Source: a plasmid. Taken from it: a stretch of DNA of 64,000 bases. Below, piece after piece: positions 34,353-42,660 of this stretch (position 1 is its first letter; each line of letters opens with the position of its first letter). The DNA is taken from the sequence record NZ_CP013482.1. One strand, written 5' to 3'. Below the pieces are notes generated by a model. It made no database searches and was not told where the DNA came from. It was given only the letters and a program-made list of their open reading frames with translations. The position numbers and the translations under genes are program-made.

Positions 34353-35476
34353 TACACAAGCTCCATTTTCTTAAACACATAATCAATCATCGCGCGCATT
34401 TCCCTGGTTGCCACCCGCGCTGCGGTCTTCTTCACATGCCAGACTGGCATTTGATCACCCACGGCTTCCGCGATGCTGTCGCGCAGACCGATCGCAACAG
34501 GGGCCACAAGGTCAGGATAGGCATTCTTTACTTGGGCCAAGTTATCCAGGTGGCGTGGCTTCCGGCTATCGATCTTGTTCGGGATCATCCCGATGAATTC
34601 AAGCCCAGGGTTGTAGTCCATAAGGTTGTGGATGACCGTCAGCAACTTTGCGATGCCCTGCAAGCTGTAGGCTTCCATTTCCAGGGGGCAAAACACATAA
34701 TCACTCGATACAAGCACCGCACTCAGAATGACGCCAAGAGAGGGCGGGGTGTCGATCACCGCAACGTCGACATAATCGCCCAGCGCCTCCATATTCGCCC
34801 GGAAATTCCCCATTGCCTCCGCCTGATCCATCTTCTCTACGTCGGCCAACGCGTCGTCAGCAGCGATCAGTGACAGACCAGTGTTATCCCGCTCGTCAAA
34901 ATAGGAGCGCAAGTCTTCAGGAGTTCCAGTGAATAGGGCACTGGCCGGATAGCCACTGTCGCGACTGGAGAGTGTCCAGCTCGCGCTACCTTGGGTATCG
35001 CAGTCGATTACGGCCGCACGCACGCCCATCTCTTCCAGAGCGAACGCAATATGAACTGTCTGCGATGTCTTTCCCTGCCCCCCCTTCTGGATTGCGCCAG
35101 CAATAGCCTTCAGCCGCGTGTTTCCGATTTTTTTTCCGCGTCGCGCGCCCACTTCTTCACGATGAACGCTTGCCGTACCGGCAAGATTGCCGTTACTCGC
35201 TCGAACCCTTGAGGCAGATCGACCTTTTTGTGCGCTTCCCACACCCGATTTACCGCCTGCGACACGGCTCCGCGAGTGAGGTTTAGCTCCTTCACGAACG
35301 TCGCTTGCTGCTGTCCGTTCACCAGCACTGCCCGAGCTATGTCGAGCGTTTGCTGTCCCACGTCCAGCCCGCGAGTTGCCTTCACGAACTGCGCTTCCGT
35401 CAATGCCTTCTTCATGATTTCCACCCATAAAACACTCTCTCCGCGTCAAGGGTTCAACAAGCGGTGTCAGCCGCAA
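34352..35476 (-). CDS. incC: IncC, ParA-family partition ATPase (long form with N-terminal extension)
   Basis: Walker A KGGQGKT; korA embedded in another frame as in IncP-1. Confidence 0.85.
   Translation of the reverse strand: MRLTPLVEPLTRRECFMGGNHEEGIDGSAVREGNSRAGRGTANARHSSGSAGERTAASDVREGAKPHSRSRVAGGKSGVGSAQKGRSASRVRASNGNLAGTASVHREEVGARRGKKIGNTRLKAIAGAIQKGGQGKTSQTVHIAFALEEMGVRAAVIDCDTQGSASWTLSSRDSGYPASALFTGTPEDLRSYFDERDNTGLSLIAADDALADVEKMDQAEAMGNFRANMEALGDYVDVAVIDTPPSLGVILSAVLVSSDYVFCPLEMEAYSLQGIAKLLTVIHNLMDYNPGLEFIGMIPNKIDSRKPRHLDNLAQVKNAYPDLVAPVAIGLRDSIAEAVGDQMPVWHVKKTAARVATREMRAMIDYVFKKMELV
35110..35424 (-). CDS. korA: KorA global repressor (embedded in incC)
   Basis: HTH; C-terminal AILPVRQAFIVKKW shared with TrbA and KlcB. 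Confidence 0.85.
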   Translation of the reverse strand: MEIMKKALTEAQFVKATRGLDVGQQTLDIARAVLVNGQQQATFVKELNLTRGAVSQAVNRVWEAHKKVDLPQGFERVTAILPVRQAFIVKKWARDAEKKSETRG

Positions 35477-35488
35477 CCATGAAACATA

Positions 35489-35500
35489 GTTTAGCTAAAC
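35489..35500. promoter_or_regulatory. KorA operator (OA) GTTTAGCTAAAC at the korA promoter
   Basis: Exact 12-bp palindrome. Confidence 0.75.
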
Positions 35501-35519
35501 TTCGATATGCCGTCAACAC

Positions 35520-35532
35520 TTTAGCCGCTAAA
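35520..35532. promoter_or_regulatory. KorB operator TTTAGCCGCTAAA at the korA promoter
   Basis: Exact palindrome. Confidence 0.75.
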
Positions 35533-35611
35533 ATTCTTATGCTGGCAAAAAAAACCCGGCAAGGCCGGGTCTATCATACGCCAGTGATTGACGCATATTG
35601 AGGCGCTTCAT

Positions 35612-35971
35612 CTAAACGCCCTTTGGTCTAAAACAGGTAACGAAGTAGGTCAACGCAGCGAGTACAGCGAAGTGCAGCAGGAACGTGAGGCCCGCGTGAA
35701 CGCCTGGCGTTTCCCAATGCCAGAGCATCCTAAAAAACTGAAATGCAACATCGAGAGACAGAAGCCATTTAACCGGTCTCCAAAACAGTGCGAGCGTTAC
35801 CCATAGCGCCTTGACTATCGCCAACAACACGGGAGTCAGGCCGACGCGGGTCGTCTTCGCACCCTTTCCTGGCGTAAAGACAGCCGAGGGCGGGGGCAAC
35901 TCAACAGTCTTCCCCTCGGAACGCTCAACGGTCGGGGGGGTGCCCCCCGGAAACTTGATGACATTCGACAT
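35612..35971 (-). CDS. KleE-like small membrane protein (internal ATG with GAGGG SD; the longer ORF to 36115 is unlikely)
   Basis: MSNVIKFP.. start; 2-3 TM; position in the kle region. Confidence 0.45.
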   Translation of the reverse strand: MSNVIKFPGGTPPTVERSEGKTVELPPPSAVFTPGKGAKTTRVGLTPVLLAIVKALWVTLALFWRPVKWLLSLDVAFQFFRMLWHWETPGVHAGLTFLLHFAVLAALTYFVTCFRPKGV

Positions 35972-36086
35972 GACTTGACCCTCTACACAATTGCAGGTTG
36001 AATAGTACCCGCAAGCAATCTCCGCGTAGCTTGTGGTTCGATGTGTCAGCGTCGGCCGGACGCCCTGGCTATCCGGGGCGTCATCT

Positions 36087-36284
36087 CTACTTCTTCGGAC
36101 GCACGTCCCCCGCACTCAACATCGCTGCCACAAGGCGCATTTCTTCTGGCGGCGTCATGCATCTTGCACACACGTCGGCCAGCTCCTTTGCATCCGCTCG
36201 AAACACCGCAGACGCACTATACAGCGTGGGATAACTCATCCCACAGCGACGGCAGACAGTTGCCGTCACAGAAAACATTTTCAT
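36087..36284 (-). CDS. Small zinc-ribbon protein (CRRC..CARC), first gene of the kle-like operon
   Basis: ORF with a GGGAAAG SD directly downstream of the operator module. Confidence 0.45.
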   Translation of the reverse strand: MKMFSVTATVCRRCGMSYPTLYSASAVFRADAKELADVCARCMTPPEEMRLVAAMLSAGDVRPKK

Positions 36285-36337
36285 CGGACTTTCCCGGTCG
36301 TTGACCTGAGCGACTAGCTCGGCCTTACGCTTACAGC

Positions 36338-36356
36338 ATAGGTCTTAAAGACCTAT
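36338..36356. promoter_or_regulatory. 19-bp perfect palindrome ATAGGTCTTAAAGACCTAT (KorC-type operator candidate) in the kle-like promoter
   Basis: Seen in sequence; second copy at 37902..37920. Confidence 0.55.
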
Positions 36357-36368
36357 TTTGCAAGCGAA

Positions 36369-36380
36369 ATTTAGCTAAAC
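36369..36380. promoter_or_regulatory. KorA operator-like ATTTAGCTAAAC
   Basis: 11/12 match to the OA consensus. Confidence 0.6.
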
Positions 36381-36644
36381 ATCGTTTGCCGTCATGCCTT
36401 TCTGCCAGATTCTGGCGATACCCGCAAAGTCACAGAAGATCGCCCAAGCGGCATACGGGATCGGTGCGTCCTCACCAATCCAGCGTCTCACCTGGCGCCC
36501 ATCCGCAATACCAACGAGTTTCGCTGCCTGTGCGCCGCTCAACCCGGTTCTTCTCAGGATCTCGCGTACCTCCTCACCATTTGGCCGCAACCATTCGTCG
36601 GAAAACGGGGTGAGGCAACCTTCTCGGATTTTGCTTTGCTCCAT
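36375..36644 (-). CDS. Small HTH repressor at the KorC position (last gene of the klcB operon)
   Basis: HTH LSGAQAAKLVGIADGRQVRRW; synteny klcB-x-korC. Confidence 0.5.
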   Translation of the reverse strand: MEQSKIREGCLTPFSDEWLRPNGEEVREILRRTGLSGAQAAKLVGIADGRQVRRWIGEDAPIPYAAWAIFCDFAGIARIWQKGMTANDV

Positions 36645-36698
36645 TGCGTCCCTTGCAAGTTATCTCGATGGCAAGATTTTACCCGCCCCGATCAACGG

Positions 36699-36908
36699 TT
36701 ACGCCGGTTCCAGCTCGTCAAAGCCGTACAACGTTTGAATGCACTTGGGATCTGAGTAAACGACGCAACGACCCAGGCGGCTTGTGTGGTAAGTCGCAGG
36801 CTTGTCATCGTAGGCCCACACTGAGTGATCGTTGACTTTAGCGACCACTACAACCCTTCCGGTCCTTGTGCCAAGGCGTGAGCTGACGACCTTGCAACGC
36901 TGGTGCAC
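36699..36908 (-). CDS. Hypothetical small protein (69 aa)
   Basis: ORF. Confidence 0.3.
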   Translation of the reverse strand: MHQRCKVVSSRLGTRTGRVVVVAKVNDHSVWAYDDKPATYHTSRLGRCVVYSDPKCIQTLYGFDELEPA

Positions 36909-36953
36909 AAATAGGGGAGGTGTGTCATGCCCTGCCCGGACGATCTCCGGTGA

Positions 36954-37721
36954 TTACCGATTGACCGGTGCTGCTACTGCCTCTCCCGAGCCGTCTTCCT
37001 CCACCAGCTTCGCAAGAGTCTCATAGGACCATTTCTTGACTTGCCACGCCTTGTGCGCCGGCAAGATCACGTCGACGATTTCGTACCCGTCTGGTGCGGT
37101 TTCCGGGATACGCCGCGCCGGCGGACGCAATCCCTTTAGCCAGTCGGGGAGTGCTTGGCGAGCCAAGCGATCCCGGTATTCCACCGCGATTAATAACGCC
37201 CCCCGCTTTTCGGCCCGGATGGTGCGAATAGCCGATCGAGCAGCCTCGTCAACAGTCATGCCATAGTGGCAATTGAGAAAATGCGACCTATACCCAGTTT
37301 CTGAAATGAACTCAGCGTCGAGGTCAACCGCCAGGAACTCAAAGTGCATGGAGGTCCGAAACTTATGTGCGCAGTACTGCACGATGACTCTCATACCGTC
37401 GACCTGAATCAAGAAAGCCCCACGCTGCCCCCAGTGAGGAATAGCCCCCGGTGCTGCTGCACAGTGTGCGACCATCAGGTTTCCAGGTGACGACGCGTTA
37501 GCGTAGCTTCCAAAATTCGTGCCGCCGTTCAGCTTCCACACGCACGCGTCATATCTACGTCCGGCGAGCGCCGCGCCGTCCTGATCGGCTCGCATGATGG
37601 CGTCATCAAACGCTTGAGAGAATTCTTTCCCTGCCTCAAACAGCGATGCCGTGTCAGTAGGCAACTGCTCCGAGAGCGATTGCAGCTCAACTGACTCGTT
37701 GTCGGTAACGCGCTTTGCCAT
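36954..37721 (-). CDS. klcB: KlcB-like protein carrying the KorA/TrbA-type C-terminal domain (AHKAWQVKKWSYE)
   Basis: C-terminal motif shared with KorA (35110..35424) and TrbA (40334..40699); position next to oriV. Confidence 0.55.
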   Translation of the reverse strand: MAKRVTDNESVELQSLSEQLPTDTASLFEAGKEFSQAFDDAIMRADQDGAALAGRRYDACVWKLNGGTNFGSYANASSPGNLMVAHCAAAPGAIPHWGQRGAFLIQVDGMRVIVQYCAHKFRTSMHFEFLAVDLDAEFISETGYRSHFLNCHYGMTVDEAARSAIRTIRAEKRGALLIAVEYRDRLARQALPDWLKGLRPPARRIPETAPDGYEIVDVILPAHKAWQVKKWSYETLAKLVEEDGSGEAVAAPVNR

Positions 37722-37742
37722 AGTCTTCTCCTCGCCCAGGTC

Positions 37743-37850
37743 TTATGCGTCCTGCAAGGTGCGATAACCCGAGTGGCCCAGGTGCTCTGCAAGGCAGGCC
37801 ATATGTTCGGTGTGAGGCACGACGTGCGCGAGGATTACGGTATTGCTCAT
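37743..37850 (-). CDS. 35-aa His-rich micro-protein (MSNTVILAHVVPHTEHMACLAEHLGHSGYRTLQDA) with a GGAG SD, at the position where klcA would be
   Basis: Manual translation; strong RBS; directly downstream of the operator module. Confidence 0.3.
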   Translation of the reverse strand: MSNTVILAHVVPHTEHMACLAEHLGHSGYRTLQDA

Positions 37851-37901
37851 CAGATTTCTCCGGTGGTCGACCTGAGCGAAAAGCCCGGCCATGTATAGAG
37901 C

Positions 37902-37920
37902 ATAGGTCTTAAAGACCTAT
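37902..37920. promoter_or_regulatory. Second copy of the 19-bp palindrome ATAGGTCTTAAAGACCTAT (klcB operon promoter)
   Basis: Exact repeat of 36338..36356, within a duplicated ~60-bp promoter module. Confidence 0.55.
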
Positions 37921-38315
37921 GCTGTCAAACGCTGTTTACAGCCATTTTGGCGGCTTGGTTCCGAAGTGTGAGGGGGTGGCACCCCCTCTTTGGAGTAAAA
38001 CCAGCCCTGGGCTTTCTGTGGTGTGTGAAGGCTACGAACTTGCCGATAGCAATTACTTTTGGGGAGGCCAACGGCTTGCCGTTGGCATAGCGAAGCGGTC
38101 GAAGCCCGTAGGGCGCTGTGTCATTGGGTGAGGCCGAAGGCCGAGGGCGAAGCCCTAGCGGGGATGGGAGAGCCGCTTGCGGCTCGGGTGGGTTCGAGAA
38201 GGGGCGCAGCGCCCTTCGGCGCGTTAAAGAATATAAAGGTTATTAACCGCGCGCGCGTTACGGCTGTGGAAACCGCTTATAACCCAATGATTGTGCGCAA
38301 GGTTTTTCCTGCGCT

Positions 38316-38645
38316 TGTGGGGAATATGCCGTGACTTCGTGGGGTGATATGCCGTGGCTATCCACAGGAAGACGTGGCTGATATGCCGGGACTGTCCACA
38401 GCGTGGCTGATATGCCGACAGAACCAAGGCTGCCCTGGGGGCGTGGGCAATATGCCGTGTCACTGATTCATCGAAAATAGACGGCCTGGTCGGCCGAAAT
38501 TCACGCCTCTTTGGAATGCGAGGAGGCTGAGATCGATTATTGAGGGGGTGGGTGTGGGTGATATGCCGTCACGAGCGTTGGGGGCGGTGACTCCCTTTCG
38601 CGTTGCCGACTTCGCGCGTGGGTAATATGCCGCGACAGAATGAAA
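38316..38645. repeat. oriV: oriV iteron array: 7 direct repeats of about 17 bp (consensus CGTGGSTRATATGCCG), with DnaA-box-like CTATCCACA (38355) and CTGTCCACA (38391)
   Basis: Repeats counted by eye at 38317, 38338, 38375, 38403, 38443, 38553, 38625; adjacent to the trfA 3' end. Confidence 0.75.
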
Positions 38646-38687
38646 AACGCCCCGTTTTGCGGGGCGTTTGCGGGAGCGGGTAGAGGC

Positions 38688-39812
38688 TCAGGTGAACGAC
38701 GCTATTTTTTTGAGCTTTCGAGTGTCGCGGCCACTGCGCGGAGCCGGTTTCACGCCCTCGGTCACAAGCTTCCGGACGCTCTTACGGAAGAACCGAACTT
38801 CGTCCAGTGGAGTCAACACAAACGTGTAATCCGGGAGAATGCTGTCAGAGTGAATGTCTTTGAGCATGCGACGAAACTCCCGCATCGACGCTCGGCTGCC
38901 GGTCTTCTCGTATAACAGCGGCAGGTTGATCATCCAAGTCGATTGATGCCCGCAATGCTTCCTGGCCAACTCGTACAAGCGACGTTCCAACGGCTTGCGC
39001 AATCGAAAATAGTCGCGATGGATGGTCAATACCTCATGATTCTGAATGGCCTCAAAGTACCAGTCAGACAGAGTAACCTCAATTGCCACGTTCCGGTCGT
39101 CGTTGGGAGCCTTTTCGACACCTTCCCAGGATTCTATTAGGCCGAACGTCTTTTTCTGACGTTTGCCCCCGGTCTTAATGTCGGTCTTGATCATCGTACC
39201 TTTCAGCCGATCCAAGGCGCTTTCGAGCTGGCTGTACTGACTCCCTCCGGTTTCGCGGTTCGTGGCGACAAGGTATTCATAGACGATGAATCGCACCCGT
39301 CTGTTCTTGGCATCCGGCCGCTTCGTGTTCAGCGCCTCTGTCATCTGTGACGCCAGGAAAATGAGCACGTCCTTATCGAAAACGGTCGCACGACCTTTAA
39401 CGCTCGGAATAACCTCAATGTTTCGGGAGTTATCTTTGCTGCTCCAGCGCCATGTACTGAGATCCGGCCGCGTGGACAGCGAGAAGATCGGCGCTTCCAT
39501 GCTCGGCGCGTCGTCCTTCATCGCGTAATCCAGCATGTCGCAAAGGAAAAAATCGCGCTCTACGTTGCGGATAGGCAGCAACTTTGAACGACGGCGGTAC
39601 GTTGCTATTTCAATCTTGCCGTCTTCGGGGGAGGCGGGCGAGGGCGACTCAACAGTGACCAGTTCGCGCTCTGCCTCGGAGAAAAGGGCCAAATCGCCTT
39701 GGCGCTGCCGTGCTTCCTCGGCGCGCTGTTCCATAAGGCGTGAAACTCGCGAATAGTCTGCGCTGCTTTTCGTCGTGTCAGACATGCTTACACTCCACAA
39801 AGTACGGTGCAT
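38688..39812 (-). CDS. trfA: TrfA-like replication initiator
   Basis: Position in the ssb-trfA operon, divergent from trbA; iterons adjacent; 374 aa. Confidence 0.7.
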   Translation of the reverse strand: MHRTLWSVSMSDTTKSSADYSRVSRLMEQRAEEARQRQGDLALFSEAERELVTVESPSPASPEDGKIEIATYRRRSKLLPIRNVERDFFLCDMLDYAMKDDAPSMEAPIFSLSTRPDLSTWRWSSKDNSRNIEVIPSVKGRATVFDKDVLIFLASQMTEALNTKRPDAKNRRVRFIVYEYLVATNRETGGSQYSQLESALDRLKGTMIKTDIKTGGKRQKKTFGLIESWEGVEKAPNDDRNVAIEVTLSDWYFEAIQNHEVLTIHRDYFRLRKPLERRLYELARKHCGHQSTWMINLPLLYEKTGSRASMREFRRMLKDIHSDSILPDYTFVLTPLDEVRFFRKSVRKLVTEGVKPAPRSGRDTRKLKKIASFT

Positions 39813-39866
39813 CTAACGGGGGCGAAGTGAGATCATCCCGCCTCGCCCACACATAACAGGATCGAA

Positions 39867-40244
39867 TCAATCCGAAGTTTGCTGTCCCGAAGGGGGCTTC
39901 GTATCCAAGTAATCGATCATTCCTGCGATGAAGTCCATCCCGTAGATCGTTTCACCGTCGCGGTCGTACTGCGTGGGTTCGACTCGGCCTTCAACAAATA
40001 CTTTGGATCCCTTACCAAGATATTTGCCTGCCGACTCCGCAATTACGCCGAACACTTTAATCCGGAAAAAATCAGTCTTTTCCTGCAAATTCTCGCTACT
40101 ATCCCGCCATTTTCTGTCTACTGCAAGGGTGAGAGTAGCGATAGTGGTACTGCGCCCGGATTCTCGTACCTCAGCATCGCGAGTAAGATTGCCGCTGAAT
40201 TGAAATCTGTTCACGCTCATGTGTACTACTCCTTGAGTTCGCAC
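39867..40244 (-). CDS. ssb: Single-stranded DNA-binding protein
   Basis: OB-fold sequence; first gene of the trfA operon as in IncP-1. Confidence 0.85.
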   Translation of the reverse strand: MRTQGVVHMSVNRFQFSGNLTRDAEVRESGRSTTIATLTLAVDRKWRDSSENLQEKTDFFRIKVFGVIAESAGKYLGKGSKVFVEGRVEPTQYDRDGETIYGMDFIAGMIDYLDTKPPSGQQTSD

Positions 40245-40250
40245 CTCAAA

Positions 40251-40262
40251 GTTTAGCTATAC
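40251..40262. promoter_or_regulatory. Degenerate KorA operator GTTTAGCTATAC in the divergent trfA/trbA promoter region
   Basis: 10/12 match. Confidence 0.5.
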
Positions 40263-40283
40263 ATTGGCAAGGAGTCAAGGAAT

Positions 40284-40296
40284 TTTAGCCGCTAAA
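40284..40296. promoter_or_regulatory. KorB operator TTTAGCCGCTAAA in the trfA/trbA promoter region
   Basis: Exact palindrome. Confidence 0.75.
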
Positions 40297-40333
40297 GTTT
40301 TCCAGACCACATACCCCGGAAGAGACCACAACT

Positions 40334-40699
40334 GTGTATAACGTGATCTTCTTTACCAACGTCCTTCGACTGATTGACGAGCTTGGTCTAACCAAGCAAG
40401 GACTCTCCGAAAAATCGGGGGTGTCCATGTCATTTCTATCTGATCTGACGAACGGTAAAGCTAACCCCTCCTTAGAAGTGATGGCTAAGATTGCCGCCGC
40501 GTTAGACACGCCATTGCCGATGCTTCTGGAGTCAACGGATCTCGACACCGCGACTCTTGAAATCATTGCTAACGGCAAGGCACCGAAAAGTGTTCCCGAT
40601 GGCTACGAACGCGTATGTGCCGTTCTTCCAGAGCGCCAGGCTTTCATAGTTAAAAAGTGGGGCGAAGCAACGCGAAAGAAGCTACGCACTGACGCGTAG
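40334..40699 (+). CDS. trbA: TrbA repressor (HTH plus the KorA-like C-terminal domain)
   Basis: XRE HTH; C-terminal AVLPERQAFIVKKWGE. Confidence 0.8.
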   Translation: MYNVIFFTNVLRLIDELGLTKQGLSEKSGVSMSFLSDLTNGKANPSLEVMAKIAAALDTPLPMLLESTDLDTATLEIIANGKAPKSVPDGYERVCAVLPERQAFIVKKWGEATRKKLRTDA

Positions 40700-40721
40700 T
40701 CCTAAAGATCCCCGCCGGCTT

Positions 40722-40734
40722 TTTAGCCGCTAAA
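40722..40734. promoter_or_regulatory. KorB operator TTTAGCCGCTAAA at the trbB promoter
   Basis: Exact palindrome. Confidence 0.75.
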
Positions 40735-40915
40735 GTGCCCTCTATATGGGGGCACTTTTTTTGCCTGCCGTTTTGATCGGCACTGCCATCTTATTTTTCC
40801 CACGCGATTCTACCGGTAAATCGGAATTTGTGTAGCCAATTTTCGATATTGCGTAAATCTCATGTTTCGTTATATCGTTCGCACGGTGTAACGATTTGAA
40901 ACATGACGGGACAAA

Positions 40916-41911
40916 ATGGGAATCAGGGAAACCGATTTACCGAATCCGGGGCAGGGGAGTGCCCCCCCCGATTCATCCGCGAAGCGAACAATCGAGCGCC
41001 TGGCGATGGAAATGGGCGATGTCGCTTTGCACGCGTTCAACGACCCCCAGACCATCGAATTGATGCTCAACCCGGACGGCAGCCTGTGGGTTGAGCGGCT
41101 TGGTGAACCTCTGAAACACATCGGCCATATGCAGGAGTCTGTCGCTCAGACCATTCTCCGCACGATTGCCGGATTTCACGGCGAAATCATTACCGAGTCA
41201 TCGCCACGCCTGGAATGCAATTTCCCCATCGATGGATCCCGCTTCGCGGGCCAGATTCCGCCCGTTGTCCGCGCCCCTTCGTTTGCTATTCGCAAACGCG
41301 CGTCGTCGGTGTTCACGATCGATGAGTACGTAGAAAAGAAAATCATGACTCGCGAGCAAGCTGCGCTCATCAAAGGGCTGATCGCTGATCGTCGAAACAT
41401 CCTGATCGCAGGGGGCACAAGTAGCGGAAAAACAACGCTACTCAACGCCGTGGCGGCGGAACAAGTTCACGTCAGCCCAGATGATCGGTTTTTGATTGTT
41501 GAGGACACACAAGAGCTGCAAGTCAGCGCGAAAAACAAAGTCGAGTTCAAGACCACAAAAACAGTCGACTCCGGCGAGCTGCTACGCACCTCGCTTCGGA
41601 TGCGCCCCGACCGAATCCTGTTCGGTGAGGTTCGCGGCAAAGAAGCGCTGGACATGCTGATGGCGTGGAACACCGGTCACGAAGGTGGGGCCGCGACGAT
41701 CCACGCCAACACCCCCGAATCCACGCTTTCTCGCCTCTACATGGCGGTGTCGATGCACAGCAACGCGCCGCGAGAGATCGAGCCGCTGATTGGCGAAGCG
41801 GTTCATGCAGTAGTCCACATCGCCAAAACCAAGGAACACGGCCGCCGCATCACCGGAATCATGGAATTGAATGGATTCCAGGACGGCCGCTACCTGTTAC
41901 GCAACGTCTAA
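40916..41911 (+). CDS. trbB: TrbB (VirB11-family ATPase)
   Basis: Walker A GGTSSGKTT; 331 aa. Confidence 0.9.
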   Translation: MGIRETDLPNPGQGSAPPDSSAKRTIERLAMEMGDVALHAFNDPQTIELMLNPDGSLWVERLGEPLKHIGHMQESVAQTILRTIAGFHGEIITESSPRLECNFPIDGSRFAGQIPPVVRAPSFAIRKRASSVFTIDEYVEKKIMTREQAALIKGLIADRRNILIAGGTSSGKTTLLNAVAAEQVHVSPDDRFLIVEDTQELQVSAKNKVEFKTTKTVDSGELLRTSLRMRPDRILFGEVRGKEALDMLMAWNTGHEGGAATIHANTPESTLSRLYMAVSMHSNAPREIEPLIGEAVHAVVHIAKTKEHGRRITGIMELNGFQDGRYLLRNV

Positions 41912-41926
41912 AAGGAAATTCCACCG

Positions 41927-42346
41927 ATGGCACTCGCTTTCACTTCCCTTCCTTGCGGCCTGAAAACCGCGCTGTCTCACATTCGTCAGGAGCCGGCCAA
42001 AGCGGTCCTCCTGCTGGTTCTTCTCGCTCTCACTGTGGCGTCGATGCATCCCGCCTTCGCCAGTTCATCCAGCGGGGGCGGTTTGCCGTACGAAGACTGG
42101 ATCAACAACGTCCGCGCGTCCTTTACCGGACCCTGGGCATACGGCATCGCCGTAATCGCATTCGTTGCGGCCGGGTCGGGCTTGATCTTTGGCGGGGCCG
42201 ATATGAGCGGCGCAATGCGCACGCTTGTGTGGATCGTCCTGGTGCTGTCGTTCATCGTTGCGGCCCAAAACACACTCGCAGCCATCACCGGCAAGGGTGC
42301 GTTGATCGACGTCGCGGCTGATCAGCTTCGCTCCCTGGGTCGGTAA
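41927..42346 (+). CDS. trbC: TrbC pilin precursor
   Basis: 139 aa with a signal peptide and two hydrophobic segments. Confidence 0.8.
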   Translation: MALAFTSLPCGLKTALSHIRQEPAKAVLLLVLLALTVASMHPAFASSSSGGGLPYEDWINNVRASFTGPWAYGIAVIAFVAAGSGLIFGGADMSGAMRTLVWIVLVLSFIVAAQNTLAAITGKGALIDVAADQLRSLGR

Positions 42347-42348
42347 CT

Positions 42349-42660
42349 ATGGCTCTGCGAAAGATTCCGCTTCGGCGGGCAGGTAATCGTGTCATCGAGT
42401 TCCTGGGCGGTGATCGCGAATTGGTAATGGTCTCGGGCCTGATGGCTGCGACGCTCGTATTCGTTGCAATGAGCGTCATCGCTGCCGTGTTCGGCGTGGT
42501 TCTGTGGATCTTCGCTCTCTGGGCGTTGCGCAAGATGGCGAAGGCCGACCCGCAGATGCGCAAGGTTTACCAGCGTAGTCTCCGCTACGCGAACTACTAC
42601 CCGCCGCGCGCCACGCCTTTTCGCCTGAATACACCAGCACAAGGGAGGCAATACAAGTGA
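42349..42660 (+). CDS. trbD: TrbD (VirB3-like)
   Basis: 103 aa membrane protein; synteny. Confidence 0.8.
   Translation: MALRKIPLRRAGNRVIEFLGGDRELVMVSGLMAATLVFVAMSVIAAVFGVVLWIFALWALRKMAKADPQMRKVYQRSLRYANYYPPRATPFRLNTPAQGRQYK

Noticed and set aside
35612-36115. 167-aa reading of the KleE-like ORF
   Set aside because: The upstream 48 codons overlap the neighbouring small gene and lack an RBS; the internal ATG at 35971 has a GAGGG SD and yields the membrane protein.
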